Shown piece by piece: positions 8,904 through 15,817 of a DNA stretch of 64,000 bases. The notes under the pieces were generated by a model. The model was given only the letters and a program-made list of their open reading frames with translations. It was not told where the DNA came from and did no database searches. Origin of the DNA: Candidatus Woesearchaeota archaeon. GTDB taxonomy: Archaea; Nanobdellota; Nanobdellia; Woesearchaeales; JAGVYF01. The DNA is taken from contig JBAZLJ010000001.1 of NCBI GenBank assembly GCA_041650315.1, forward strand, positions 280,259-344,258. The letters run 5' to 3'. The translations under genes were made by a program, and so were the position numbers. The first letter of the stretch is position 1; every line of letters begins with the position of its first letter.

Positions 8904-9305
8904 ATGAAGAAGATAATATGGACTACTAAACTCGCAATCGGAATTGATGAAATAGATAATCAGCATAAGCAATTCATCAAGATATTGAACACTTGCTGTA
9001 CTCCCAAAAACATAGATTCACAGAAATTGAAAGAAATCTTTTCCGAATTGATTGAATTCGTAAGGGTTCATTTTTCTACAGAAGAAAAATATTTCGAGAA
9101 ATGGGAATATCCCTATGCTCAAGAGCATATGATTGAGCATGAAAAACTGATAATAAATACGTTGAAATACCAGATGAAGTTTGAGAAGATTGGGGGTAAA
9201 GTTGTCCCTGAACTTTTGAAATTCTTGGAAGATTGGTTTGAGAATCATTTGAAGAAGCATGATTTCAAATACAGGGATTATTTTATAGAGAAAGGTTTCA
9301 TTTAG
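8904..9305 (+). CDS. Hemerythrin-like (HHE cation-binding domain) protein
   Basis: W.....GI..ID.QH...F, then H(x3)E ... HF..EE..F ... H..EH ... H...D. This is the hemerythrin His/Glu/Asp ligand pattern. 133 aa, 4 bp after the PAS gene. Confidence 0.8.
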   Translation: MKKIIWTTKLAIGIDEIDNQHKQFIKILNTCCTPKNIDSQKLKEIFSELIEFVRVHFSTEEKYFEKWEYPYAQEHMIEHEKLIINTLKYQMKFEKIGGKVVPELLKFLEDWFENHLKKHDFKYRDYFIEKGFI

Positions 9306-9338
9306 TTCTGATGGGCTCTGTAGAAAATCTCGTTATCA

Positions 9339-9397
9339 CACAAGAACTGCTATGCAGTTCTGTGCACAGAAGCACTTTGTGCTTCTTGTGCTCGCCA
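9339..9397. repeat. Partial copy of the MITE internal module: two adjacent palindromic hairpins (GAACTGC-WW-GCAGTTC, then GAAGCAC-TTT-GTGCTTC)
   Basis: Matches 193-248 of the element at 153-394. The first palindrome is identical. The second has complementary changes on both arms (GGAGTACT/AGTACTCC becomes GAAGCAC/GTGCTTC). No TIRs here. Confidence 0.55.
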
Positions 9398-9605
9398 CCA
9401 ACAGCAATTTGACCTTGCTAGGTCAATTCTCAAATAATGTTTGAGAAAATGTTGCTATTTCAAAAGTGAGGGTGCTATATCGTCATAGACTTCTATAACG
9501 CACTTGATGTTAGAATTGAGAACATTTTGAGAAGGTTGGTGGACTTTTCTACAAAGCCATTCTGATACAAAGTCTTATAAATAATCTATATTCTCTAGTA
9601 GCTAT

Positions 9606-10829
9606 ATGGCAACTAAATCAAAATCTCATAAATGTGAATTGTTAGCGCCAGCTGGAAATCGCGAAATGCTTGTTGCGGCTATTGATGCAGGATGCGATTC
9701 AGTATATTTCGGCGTGAAGTCGTTCAATATGAGAGTGAATGCCGGCAATTTCTCGGTTTCTGAACTTCCTGATGTTGTTAAATATTGTCATGCGCATAAA
9801 GTAAAAGCTTACTTGACTCTGAATTCTATCATATACGATAATGAGCTTGCTGAGCTTGATACTGTTTTGAAAGCTGCGAAATCTGCTAAGATTGATGCAA
9901 TCATATGTTGGGACATGTCTGTGCTCAGATTGGCGCAGAAATACAAATTGGATGTTCATCTTTCTACGCAGGCTTCTGTCAGTAATTTTGAAGCTGTTGA
10001 ATATTATGCGAAGTTGGGGGTTAAACGTATTATCTTGGCTAGGGAGCTATCGCTTTCACAGATTAAGTCTATAACTGACCAGATTATTAAACGTAAACTT
10101 AACGTTTCAATCGAGACTTTTGTTCACGGCGCGATGTGCGTTGCGGTTTCTGGACGTTGCTTTACATCGCAGTTTTTATTCAAGCGTTCTGCTAATCGCG
10201 GGGACTGCCTTCAACCATGCAGGCGCGCGTATAAAGTCACGGATATGGAGACTGGCGGAGAAGTAAAACTTGACAATAATTATGTCATGTCTGCTAAGGA
10301 TCTATGTGCGCTGCCATTCATTGATAAATTGAAGGATGCGGGGATATCTGCGTTTAAGATCGAGGGCAGATGCAGAAGTCCTGAATATGTGAAGGTTGTT
10401 ATTTCTGCGTATAGGAAAGCGATTGATAATGCGCTGAGTGAAGTTCAGAAGAAGGAATTGATTGCTAAGCTGAAGAGTGTATATAATCGGAAGTTTTCAT
10501 CTGGTTTCTATCTTGGTCTTCCTACAAATGATGATTTCACTGATATTTATGGAAGCGCTGCTACTTACGTTAAGGAGTATATCGGCTATGTATGCAATTT
10601 CTACAGCAAAATAAATGTGGCAGAAGTTAATATAGAATCTAACGGACTTAAGGTTGGCGATCATCTGATGATAATCGGGCCTACAACCGGTGTAAAAGAG
10701 CAGAAGCTGTCATCCATTGAGATAAACCATCACAAGATAAAATCTGCGAAAAAAGGCAGGCATATCGCTGTTAAACTGAATTTCTTAGCGAGAATCAATG
10801 ACAAAGTATTTGTGATAAGAAAAGCGTAG
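9606..10829 (+). CDS. Peptidase U32 family protein (collagenase-like; the family includes the RNA hydroxylation enzymes RlhA/TrhP)
   Basis: N-terminal ELLAPAGN...AI.AGADAVY signature and a Cys-rich central region (CVAVSGRCF...GDCLQPCRR). 407 aa. Confidence 0.75.
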   Translation: MATKSKSHKCELLAPAGNREMLVAAIDAGCDSVYFGVKSFNMRVNAGNFSVSELPDVVKYCHAHKVKAYLTLNSIIYDNELAELDTVLKAAKSAKIDAIICWDMSVLRLAQKYKLDVHLSTQASVSNFEAVEYYAKLGVKRIILARELSLSQIKSITDQIIKRKLNVSIETFVHGAMCVAVSGRCFTSQFLFKRSANRGDCLQPCRRAYKVTDMETGGEVKLDNNYVMSAKDLCALPFIDKLKDAGISAFKIEGRCRSPEYVKVVISAYRKAIDNALSEVQKKELIAKLKSVYNRKFSSGFYLGLPTNDDFTDIYGSAATYVKEYIGYVCNFYSKINVAEVNIESNGLKVGDHLMIIGPTTGVKEQKLSSIEINHHKIKSAKKGRHIAVKLNFLARINDKVFVIRKA

Positions 10830-10831
10830 AA

Positions 10832-11584
10832 CTAATAATAGGATTTAGCTTTATTCTTGACAAGCTTAACTGCTTTCTTCTTAATTGGTTTGATTTTTTT
10901 TGTTGATACTTTTGCTTTTTCTGCAACTTTCGCAATCTTAGCGACTTTCTTAGCTTTGACTTTCGCGATTATTTTTTTAACTATATTCTTCTTCACGCTT
11001 TTTTTGCTTGCGTTGACTTTCATCTTGCCTGCTTCTTTATGGATGTGAAGCTTTTTCTTTTCAGGCATCAATGGCGCAACTTCGATCTTTAAGAAGTCTT
11101 CAGCTTCTTTGATTTTGTGCTGGATCTTGATTATGTCTTGAGAATTGTCCTGCTGTTGGATAAGCGAACCGCATTCAGGGCATTTGAATTCAAAATTCAT
11201 AGCTTGCTCGAAATCCAGCCTGATACAGCCTTCAGGGCATGCGAAGAATATTGCAGAATTCTCACGTTCAAGCCTTTCTCTGAGTTTGGTGAGTCTTTCT
11301 TTCTGCAGTTTGATTGTAAGATATTTTATTTGATTAGGATTGAATGTCCAGTAATAGATGTACCAACCTTTCACTCTGTCTTTCTTTCTTATGAAATGGA
11401 CCAGATCTTGGTCAAGAAGGCGGTAGAGCATATTCCTTGTAATATTGATCTGCTCTTTCAGAATCTCAGCTATCTTAAACTCGGAAATGTTCTTCTTGTC
11501 CTTTATCGCTAGGATCAACGGAACAGTATCTTCACCGGCTACTGTGCTTATTACTTCTTCAATTAATTTGTTTGTTATCTTCAT
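10832..11584 (-). CDS. tfe: Transcription factor E alpha (TFE, TFIIE-alpha homolog) with a ~75-aa Lys/Ala-rich C-terminal extension
   Basis: Winged helix plus GWYIYYW motif, then FFACPEGCIRLDFEQAMNFEFKCPECGS zinc ribbon. The tail KKAVKLVKNKAK / AKVKAKKVAKIAKVAEKAKV is not part of canonical TFE. Confidence 0.85.
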   Translation of the reverse strand: MKITNKLIEEVISTVAGEDTVPLILAIKDKKNISEFKIAEILKEQINITRNMLYRLLDQDLVHFIRKKDRVKGWYIYYWTFNPNQIKYLTIKLQKERLTKLRERLERENSAIFFACPEGCIRLDFEQAMNFEFKCPECGSLIQQQDNSQDIIKIQHKIKEAEDFLKIEVAPLMPEKKKLHIHKEAGKMKVNASKKSVKKNIVKKIIAKVKAKKVAKIAKVAEKAKVSTKKIKPIKKKAVKLVKNKAKSYY

Positions 11585-11789
11585 TTTGCAAGCTGTTCAG
11601 TTTCATCAATAGCTCTTGATACTCTTTCTTCAAACCTTCGTAGTATTTCACTTTGCCAGCATTCAATTGGTTCTTACTGAAGTCCCAATCTAATGTAGCT
11701 AAACGAGGTTTGACTTCCGCAATCTTTGCTTTTATTGTATCTAGTTCTGGGTTCATGTTTAGACCTTCCCCTATAAGCCGATCTTTCAT
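11559..11789 (-). CDS. Hypothetical small protein (possibly starting at the internal Met, 11756)
   Basis: 76 aa ORF overlapping the TFE 5' end by 26 nt. Charged and helical. No motif recognised. Confidence 0.25.
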   Translation of the reverse strand: MKDRLIGEGLNMNPELDTIKAKIAEVKPRLATLDWDFSKNQLNAGKVKYYEGLKKEYQELLMKLNSLQNEDNKQIN

Positions 11790-11982
11790 GCCTCTTTTAA
11801 TTAGAATAGACTATTGGGGACTCTTAATGTAATTCTGGCGATATCGGTTTATAAACATTTCGTTACTATATCTCTAATTACCTATATTATATACTATATT
11901 ACAATAAGGTTTATAAAGAAAACCACTACTTTGAGGTAGTAATATCGATTTAGCGATATATATCATAATCAAATAACCATAT

Positions 11983-13677
11983 ATGGAGGAATCACAAATG
12001 AAAGCGCTTAAAAACTTTTTAGTAATGGCTTTGGCCATGCTAGTGCTTGTAGTTAGTGCAAGTGCAGCGACTTCTTTGACCTTGACTGCTACACCTAGTG
12101 CAGTAACAGTTAACGAAGGTACAGAAGTAAGTATTAGTTTAACCGCAGCAAGCGGAAGTGGAGTATATGCTTACCAAATCACAGGTACAGATATCCCTGG
12201 AGTATCTAATGGAGCAATGACAAGTAATGTATTCACTTGGATCCCAGAATACCTAGAATCAGGAGTATATTTCATTAAATTCAAAGCAACTGAAGGCCCA
12301 AATGACAGCCCAGAATTGAATGTCGCAGTCACAGTCAACGATTATCAACCATTGACTATGGATGCAGATGTCTTAATCGGTGGTCCATCACAGCAAAGGA
12401 GCAATCCACATGCTGAAGATGACAGCAGAAAGACAGTATATGCTGAAAAAGTGTTCAAGATACACAACGACGGCGATTTAGACGTAGTTGTAAGCTTGGC
12501 AACCACAGCAGCATCAGAATATGATGTTACTTTGACACCAGCAACAGGTACAGCAGCAGCGGCTACAGTACCAGCTAACAGCGATCTTACTGTTACAGCA
12601 AAAGGCTTTGTCCCAAAAGACTTGCCATCATTCTTCCCAACAAGAGCTGACTATAATGATAGAAGGAATCTATTGGGCGAATTGAACGTTGCTACAACCA
12701 CATCAGGCATATCAGCATTCAAGACAAACTTGTACATGGAAGCTGAAAACCTATTGATTGCTAAGAAATTGTATGTTTCAGTTGATGGCGATGAGAACAA
12801 GGTATCAGACCTAGAAGAAATCGAAGATGTCAAACCTGACAGCGATGTAGAATTAAGAGTAATCGCTGAAAACAAATATGACAGCAACGACAATGAAGAT
12901 CTAGAGATGAACGATATCGTATTCAATGTCAGAGTAGATGACAGCGACCTAGATGTCGATGAAGACCTTGATTTCGAAGACCTCGGCGCAGAAGAAACAT
13001 CTGAAGATACTATTTCATTCCAGATGGACAGAACCGAAGTGACTGAATCAAATTACTACATGTACGCAGTATTGTCCGGCGAGGACGAGAACGGCGCAGT
13101 AATGGGTGAAAAATACACCATAGAACTTATGGTTGAAAGAAAAAGCCATGAAATCTTGGTAACAGATATCAGCATTTCACCTAGTGAACTAACATGCAAA
13201 GAAACAGCTACATTGAGATTCGATCTTGCTAATATCGGCAAGAAGAATGAAGATGAAGTGTCATTCAAAGTGGACAGCCCAGCATTGGGATTATCCAAAA
13301 TTGAATACGACATAGAGCTGGATACAAGCGATGATGTAACTAGATCAATACAAATTCCTTTGAAGAATGTTAAACCTGGCGATTATGACATCCAGATAAC
13401 TTCTTATTACAATAGGGACGATGTATCTAACGAAGAAATAGCAACATTGCACGTATCAGCATGCGCAACAACTGCACCAGTCGTGACACCAGTAGTAACT
13501 CCAGTAGTTACACCAGTCACAGGCAATACAGCAGTGCAACCACCAGTTACAATAATCCCAGAATTGGAAAGCTTCAATGATTTCCAGAACAGTACAATAT
13601 ATACTGTGCTATTGGGCGGACTTGTGCTAGTGTTGGCTATCGCATTAATAGTGTTGTTAGTCAAATTTGTCTTCTAG
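11983..13677 (+). CDS. Cell-surface protein: signal peptide, beta-rich domains, acidic region, Thr/Pro/Val linker and C-terminal TM anchor
   Basis: N-terminal hydrophobic LVMALAMLVLVVSASA. VVTPVVTPVVTPVT repeat. C-terminal LLGGLVLVLAIALIVLLV followed by stop. About 564 aa. Confidence 0.55.
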   Translation: MEESQMKALKNFLVMALAMLVLVVSASAATSLTLTATPSAVTVNEGTEVSISLTAASGSGVYAYQITGTDIPGVSNGAMTSNVFTWIPEYLESGVYFIKFKATEGPNDSPELNVAVTVNDYQPLTMDADVLIGGPSQQRSNPHAEDDSRKTVYAEKVFKIHNDGDLDVVVSLATTAASEYDVTLTPATGTAAAATVPANSDLTVTAKGFVPKDLPSFFPTRADYNDRRNLLGELNVATTTSGISAFKTNLYMEAENLLIAKKLYVSVDGDENKVSDLEEIEDVKPDSDVELRVIAENKYDSNDNEDLEMNDIVFNVRVDDSDLDVDEDLDFEDLGAEETSEDTISFQMDRTEVTESNYYMYAVLSGEDENGAVMGEKYTIELMVERKSHEILVTDISISPSELTCKETATLRFDLANIGKKNEDEVSFKVDSPALGLSKIEYDIELDTSDDVTRSIQIPLKNVKPGDYDIQITSYYNRDDVSNEEIATLHVSACATTAPVVTPVVTPVVTPVTGNTAVQPPVTIIPELESFNDFQNSTIYTVLLGGLVLVLAIALIVLLVKFVF

Positions 13678-13683
13678 AGACAA

Positions 13684-13720
13684 ATTTCTTTTTTTCTTTT
13701 TTATTATTCTCTTTTTCTTA
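13684..13720 (+). terminator. Oligo-T tract typical of archaeal intrinsic termination downstream of the surface-protein gene
   Basis: TTTCTTTTTTTCTTTTTTATTATTCTCTTTTTCTT immediately after the stop codon. Confidence 0.35.
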
Positions 13721-13729
13721 TAATTTAAT

Positions 13730-13850
13730 ATTTGCCATCAGTTCGCAAGCGTTTAGAATTAGTTGTAATTGGCCTTCCCTCGGATAGGGGACAACCTCCC
13801 TTGCCATTAATGCGTATTAAGCAGTATTTTGCTCACTAAGGATGGCAAAT
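13730..13850 (+). repeat. ~120-bp 'GCCATC element' copy 1: termini ATTTGCCATC / GATGGCAAAT, conserved core GGCCTTCCCTCGGATAGGGGACAACCTCCCTTGCC, conserved GCTCAC near the 3' end
   Basis: Shares ordered blocks with 32455-32585, 35388-35508 and (core only) 61553-61668. Ends 31 bp before the AMMECR1-like gene start. Confidence 0.55.
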
Positions 13851-13881
13851 ATTTATTAAGTAATTAGACGTAAGTTTCTCT

Positions 13882-14436
13882 ATGTTCAATGATAAAGACG
13901 GAAAAGAATTGCTTAAGTTGGCTCGTGCAGTGATAGAAGCTGAACTTAAGAAAGAAGTGTATATTGTTTCTGATTCAGTTAAGAGCAAGTATAAGCAGGC
14001 GCAGGGTTTGTTTGTGACTATGCGCAAGAATGGTATGGATAGAGGCACTTTCGGTTATCCAGAGACATTATTTCCTCTTTGGAAGTCTGTTGTCCAGGTC
14101 GCTAAGGCTGCTGCTTTCAATGACAACAGGTTCCCTCCAATTGGTTTGGTTGAACTGAAGGACGTGAAGATAGAAATTACAATACTTTCTACATTGGAAT
14201 TGGTTTCTGAACCTATCTCTAAATATTCCGAGCAGATTGACCTAGAGAATCACGGGTTGATGCTGATATCTGCGCAAAGCAAATCATTGCTGTTGCCATC
14301 ATTGCTTCGGAAATACGCGCATACGCATGAAGAAGCTTTGGATCTTTTGTGTCAAGGCGCAGGATTGCCTAAGCATGCTTGGTCGGATTCAGCGAATAAA
14401 ATCTACAAGTTCGAAGTAGTTACTTTTATAGAATAA
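13882..14436 (+). CDS. AMMECR1-domain-like protein
   Basis: LKLARAVIEAEL...GLFVTMRKNGMDRGTFGY resembles the AMMECR1 core (hFVT...LRGCIG). The canonical Cys is absent, so the call is tentative. Confidence 0.4.
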   Translation: MFNDKDGKELLKLARAVIEAELKKEVYIVSDSVKSKYKQAQGLFVTMRKNGMDRGTFGYPETLFPLWKSVVQVAKAAAFNDNRFPPIGLVELKDVKIEITILSTLELVSEPISKYSEQIDLENHGLMLISAQSKSLLLPSLLRKYAHTHEEALDLLCQGAGLPKHAWSDSANKIYKFEVVTFIE

Positions 14437-14445
14437 AATTAAAAC

Positions 14446-14706
14446 TTAGAATAATTTTTTAAATTTGTCAAGCTCTTTCTGGAGCTCTTTTGCAGCATCT
14501 GCAATTACTTTCTTAGGTTCTTTTGATTTGGTCTCAAGTATGAATACAGGACTGCCGATAAGAGGATGGTCTATCTTATAGCTCGCTAGCTTTACATCTT
14601 CGTTGTCAGTCAATTGCTGTTTTAGAGCATTGCAGAAAGTGTGATCTTCTCCTTTGACTTCGAAAATCATCCTGGTTTTTGATTCTTCAATTACTTTGAA
14701 TTCCAT
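14446..14706 (-). CDS. rpoL: DNA-directed RNA polymerase subunit L (Rpo11)
   Basis: MEFKVIEESKTRMIFEVKGEDHTFCNALKQQL...VKLASYKIDHPL is the typical Rpo11 signature (GEDHT, HPL). 86 aa. Confidence 0.85.
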   Translation of the reverse strand: MEFKVIEESKTRMIFEVKGEDHTFCNALKQQLTDNEDVKLASYKIDHPLIGSPVFILETKSKEPKKVIADAAKELQKELDKFKKLF

Positions 14707-14761
14707 GGTTGTTATGGATTTGACTGGTATTTATAAAGCTTTCTGAGGGTTTTGCCTAATT

Positions 14762-15475
14762 CTATATGCTTTTCCTTCTTAATACGAAACAGGCAACTTT
14801 CACGTCTTTGATTCGTTTAGTATGGAATTCCATGCTTCTTTTGATTAGGAAGTGAAATCCTATTGTATCTACAAGTCCGAAACCGCGGTCATTGGCAAGC
14901 TTCTGCACGAAGTTCTGGCTTTCAATCTTATGCAGCGAGTAGATATTGTCGCTTATTTCCATAGCTTTTTCTAAGAATTCTTTGTCGGCATGCTCTTTCT
15001 GCACGCCAAAAGGAGGATTCTGGATGATTGTGTCAACTTTAGTTCTGAATTCAGAAATTGGCTTGTTTATGTAGGTAATTGGGAGTTTTATTCCATATTC
15101 TTTCTCTATGGTTTTTTGATTCTCTTTCGCTATTTTTATCGCATTCTCGTCAATCTCTACCATATAGACTTTCTTTGCGCCGAGTAGCGCCGCCCCTATT
15201 CCGAGTATGCCTGTGCCTGCGCCTAGATCAGCTATTGTCTTGAGATTGCCGTCCATATAGCATTTCCATAGCATGACTGCAGCTATCTCTGACCAAGTAG
15301 GATATTGCTCCAGGTCTGCTCTAGGATTCTCGAATACCTTGAGCTTTGACAGGATTATAGCGAGTTTGATCTTGTTGAGCATCATATGCGTTTGATTATC
15401 TCTCTTCCTTTTAATTTTTGCTGAATAATGGCTATTCTCATCTTTCGCTATAAAATTCATGATTGTTGCAGACAT
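14762..15475 (-). CDS. Class I SAM-dependent methyltransferase with NPPF motif (HemK/METTL5-like N6-adenine/glutamine MTase family)
   Basis: DLGAGTGILGI (motif I), EIDENA, IIQNPPFG (motif IV). The first ~30 aa may be an over-extension; an internal Met is at MMLNKIK. Confidence 0.7.
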   Translation of the reverse strand: MSATIMNFIAKDENSHYSAKIKRKRDNQTHMMLNKIKLAIILSKLKVFENPRADLEQYPTWSEIAAVMLWKCYMDGNLKTIADLGAGTGILGIGAALLGAKKVYMVEIDENAIKIAKENQKTIEKEYGIKLPITYINKPISEFRTKVDTIIQNPPFGVQKEHADKEFLEKAMEISDNIYSLHKIESQNFVQKLANDRGFGLVDTIGFHFLIKRSMEFHTKRIKDVKVACFVLRRKSI

Positions 15476-15640
15476 CGCTTAATCCACCGAAAGCTATATA
15501 AGTATGTAAGTGTATGTATAAATATGTAATAGTATGAAACAGTCAAAAAGCCAGACTATTACAAATACGCCAAATTGCTGACATTGCCGGGATGCCAAAA
15601 ACCCGGCGGTTAGCTTTTCATTCCTAATTCACGTGAGACC

Positions 15641-15817
15641 ATGACCAAAGAAAGGATCACTATAACAATCGACAAAGAGTTGTTGAAATGGCTCGATAAG
15701 AAGGTCGATGAAAGGGTTTTCGCTAATCGCAGTCATGGCCTTGAATTCTTATTGCAGCAGAAGATAAACAGCGAAAGCAGCATTGTCAGCAGAGGTGGCA
15801 TCGATGGACTTCTATAA
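15641..15817 (+). CDS. Ribbon-helix-helix (CopG/NikR-like) small DNA-binding protein; not in the supplied ORF track (58 aa)
   Basis: ATG at 15641, TAA at 15815-15817. MTKERITITIDKELLKWLDKKVDE...SHGLEFLL fits a beta-strand/helix/helix RHH layout. Its 3' end overlaps the Ca-ATPase start. Confidence 0.5.
   Translation: MTKERITITIDKELLKWLDKKVDERVFANRSHGLEFLLQQKINSESSIVSRGGIDGLL

Noticed and set aside
13490-13530. Short tandem 12-nt DNA repeat (GTNGTNACNCCA x3)
   Set aside because: It encodes the VVTP linker of the surface protein. It is a coding low-complexity repeat, not a CRISPR or regulatory array.
13730-13850. Possibility that the ~120-nt GCCATC elements are 5S rRNA genes
   Set aside because: The length fits, but the three copies differ extensively outside short blocks. 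The conserved 5S loop C/loop E motifs are not present at the right positions. Multi-copy 5S genes would be near-identical.
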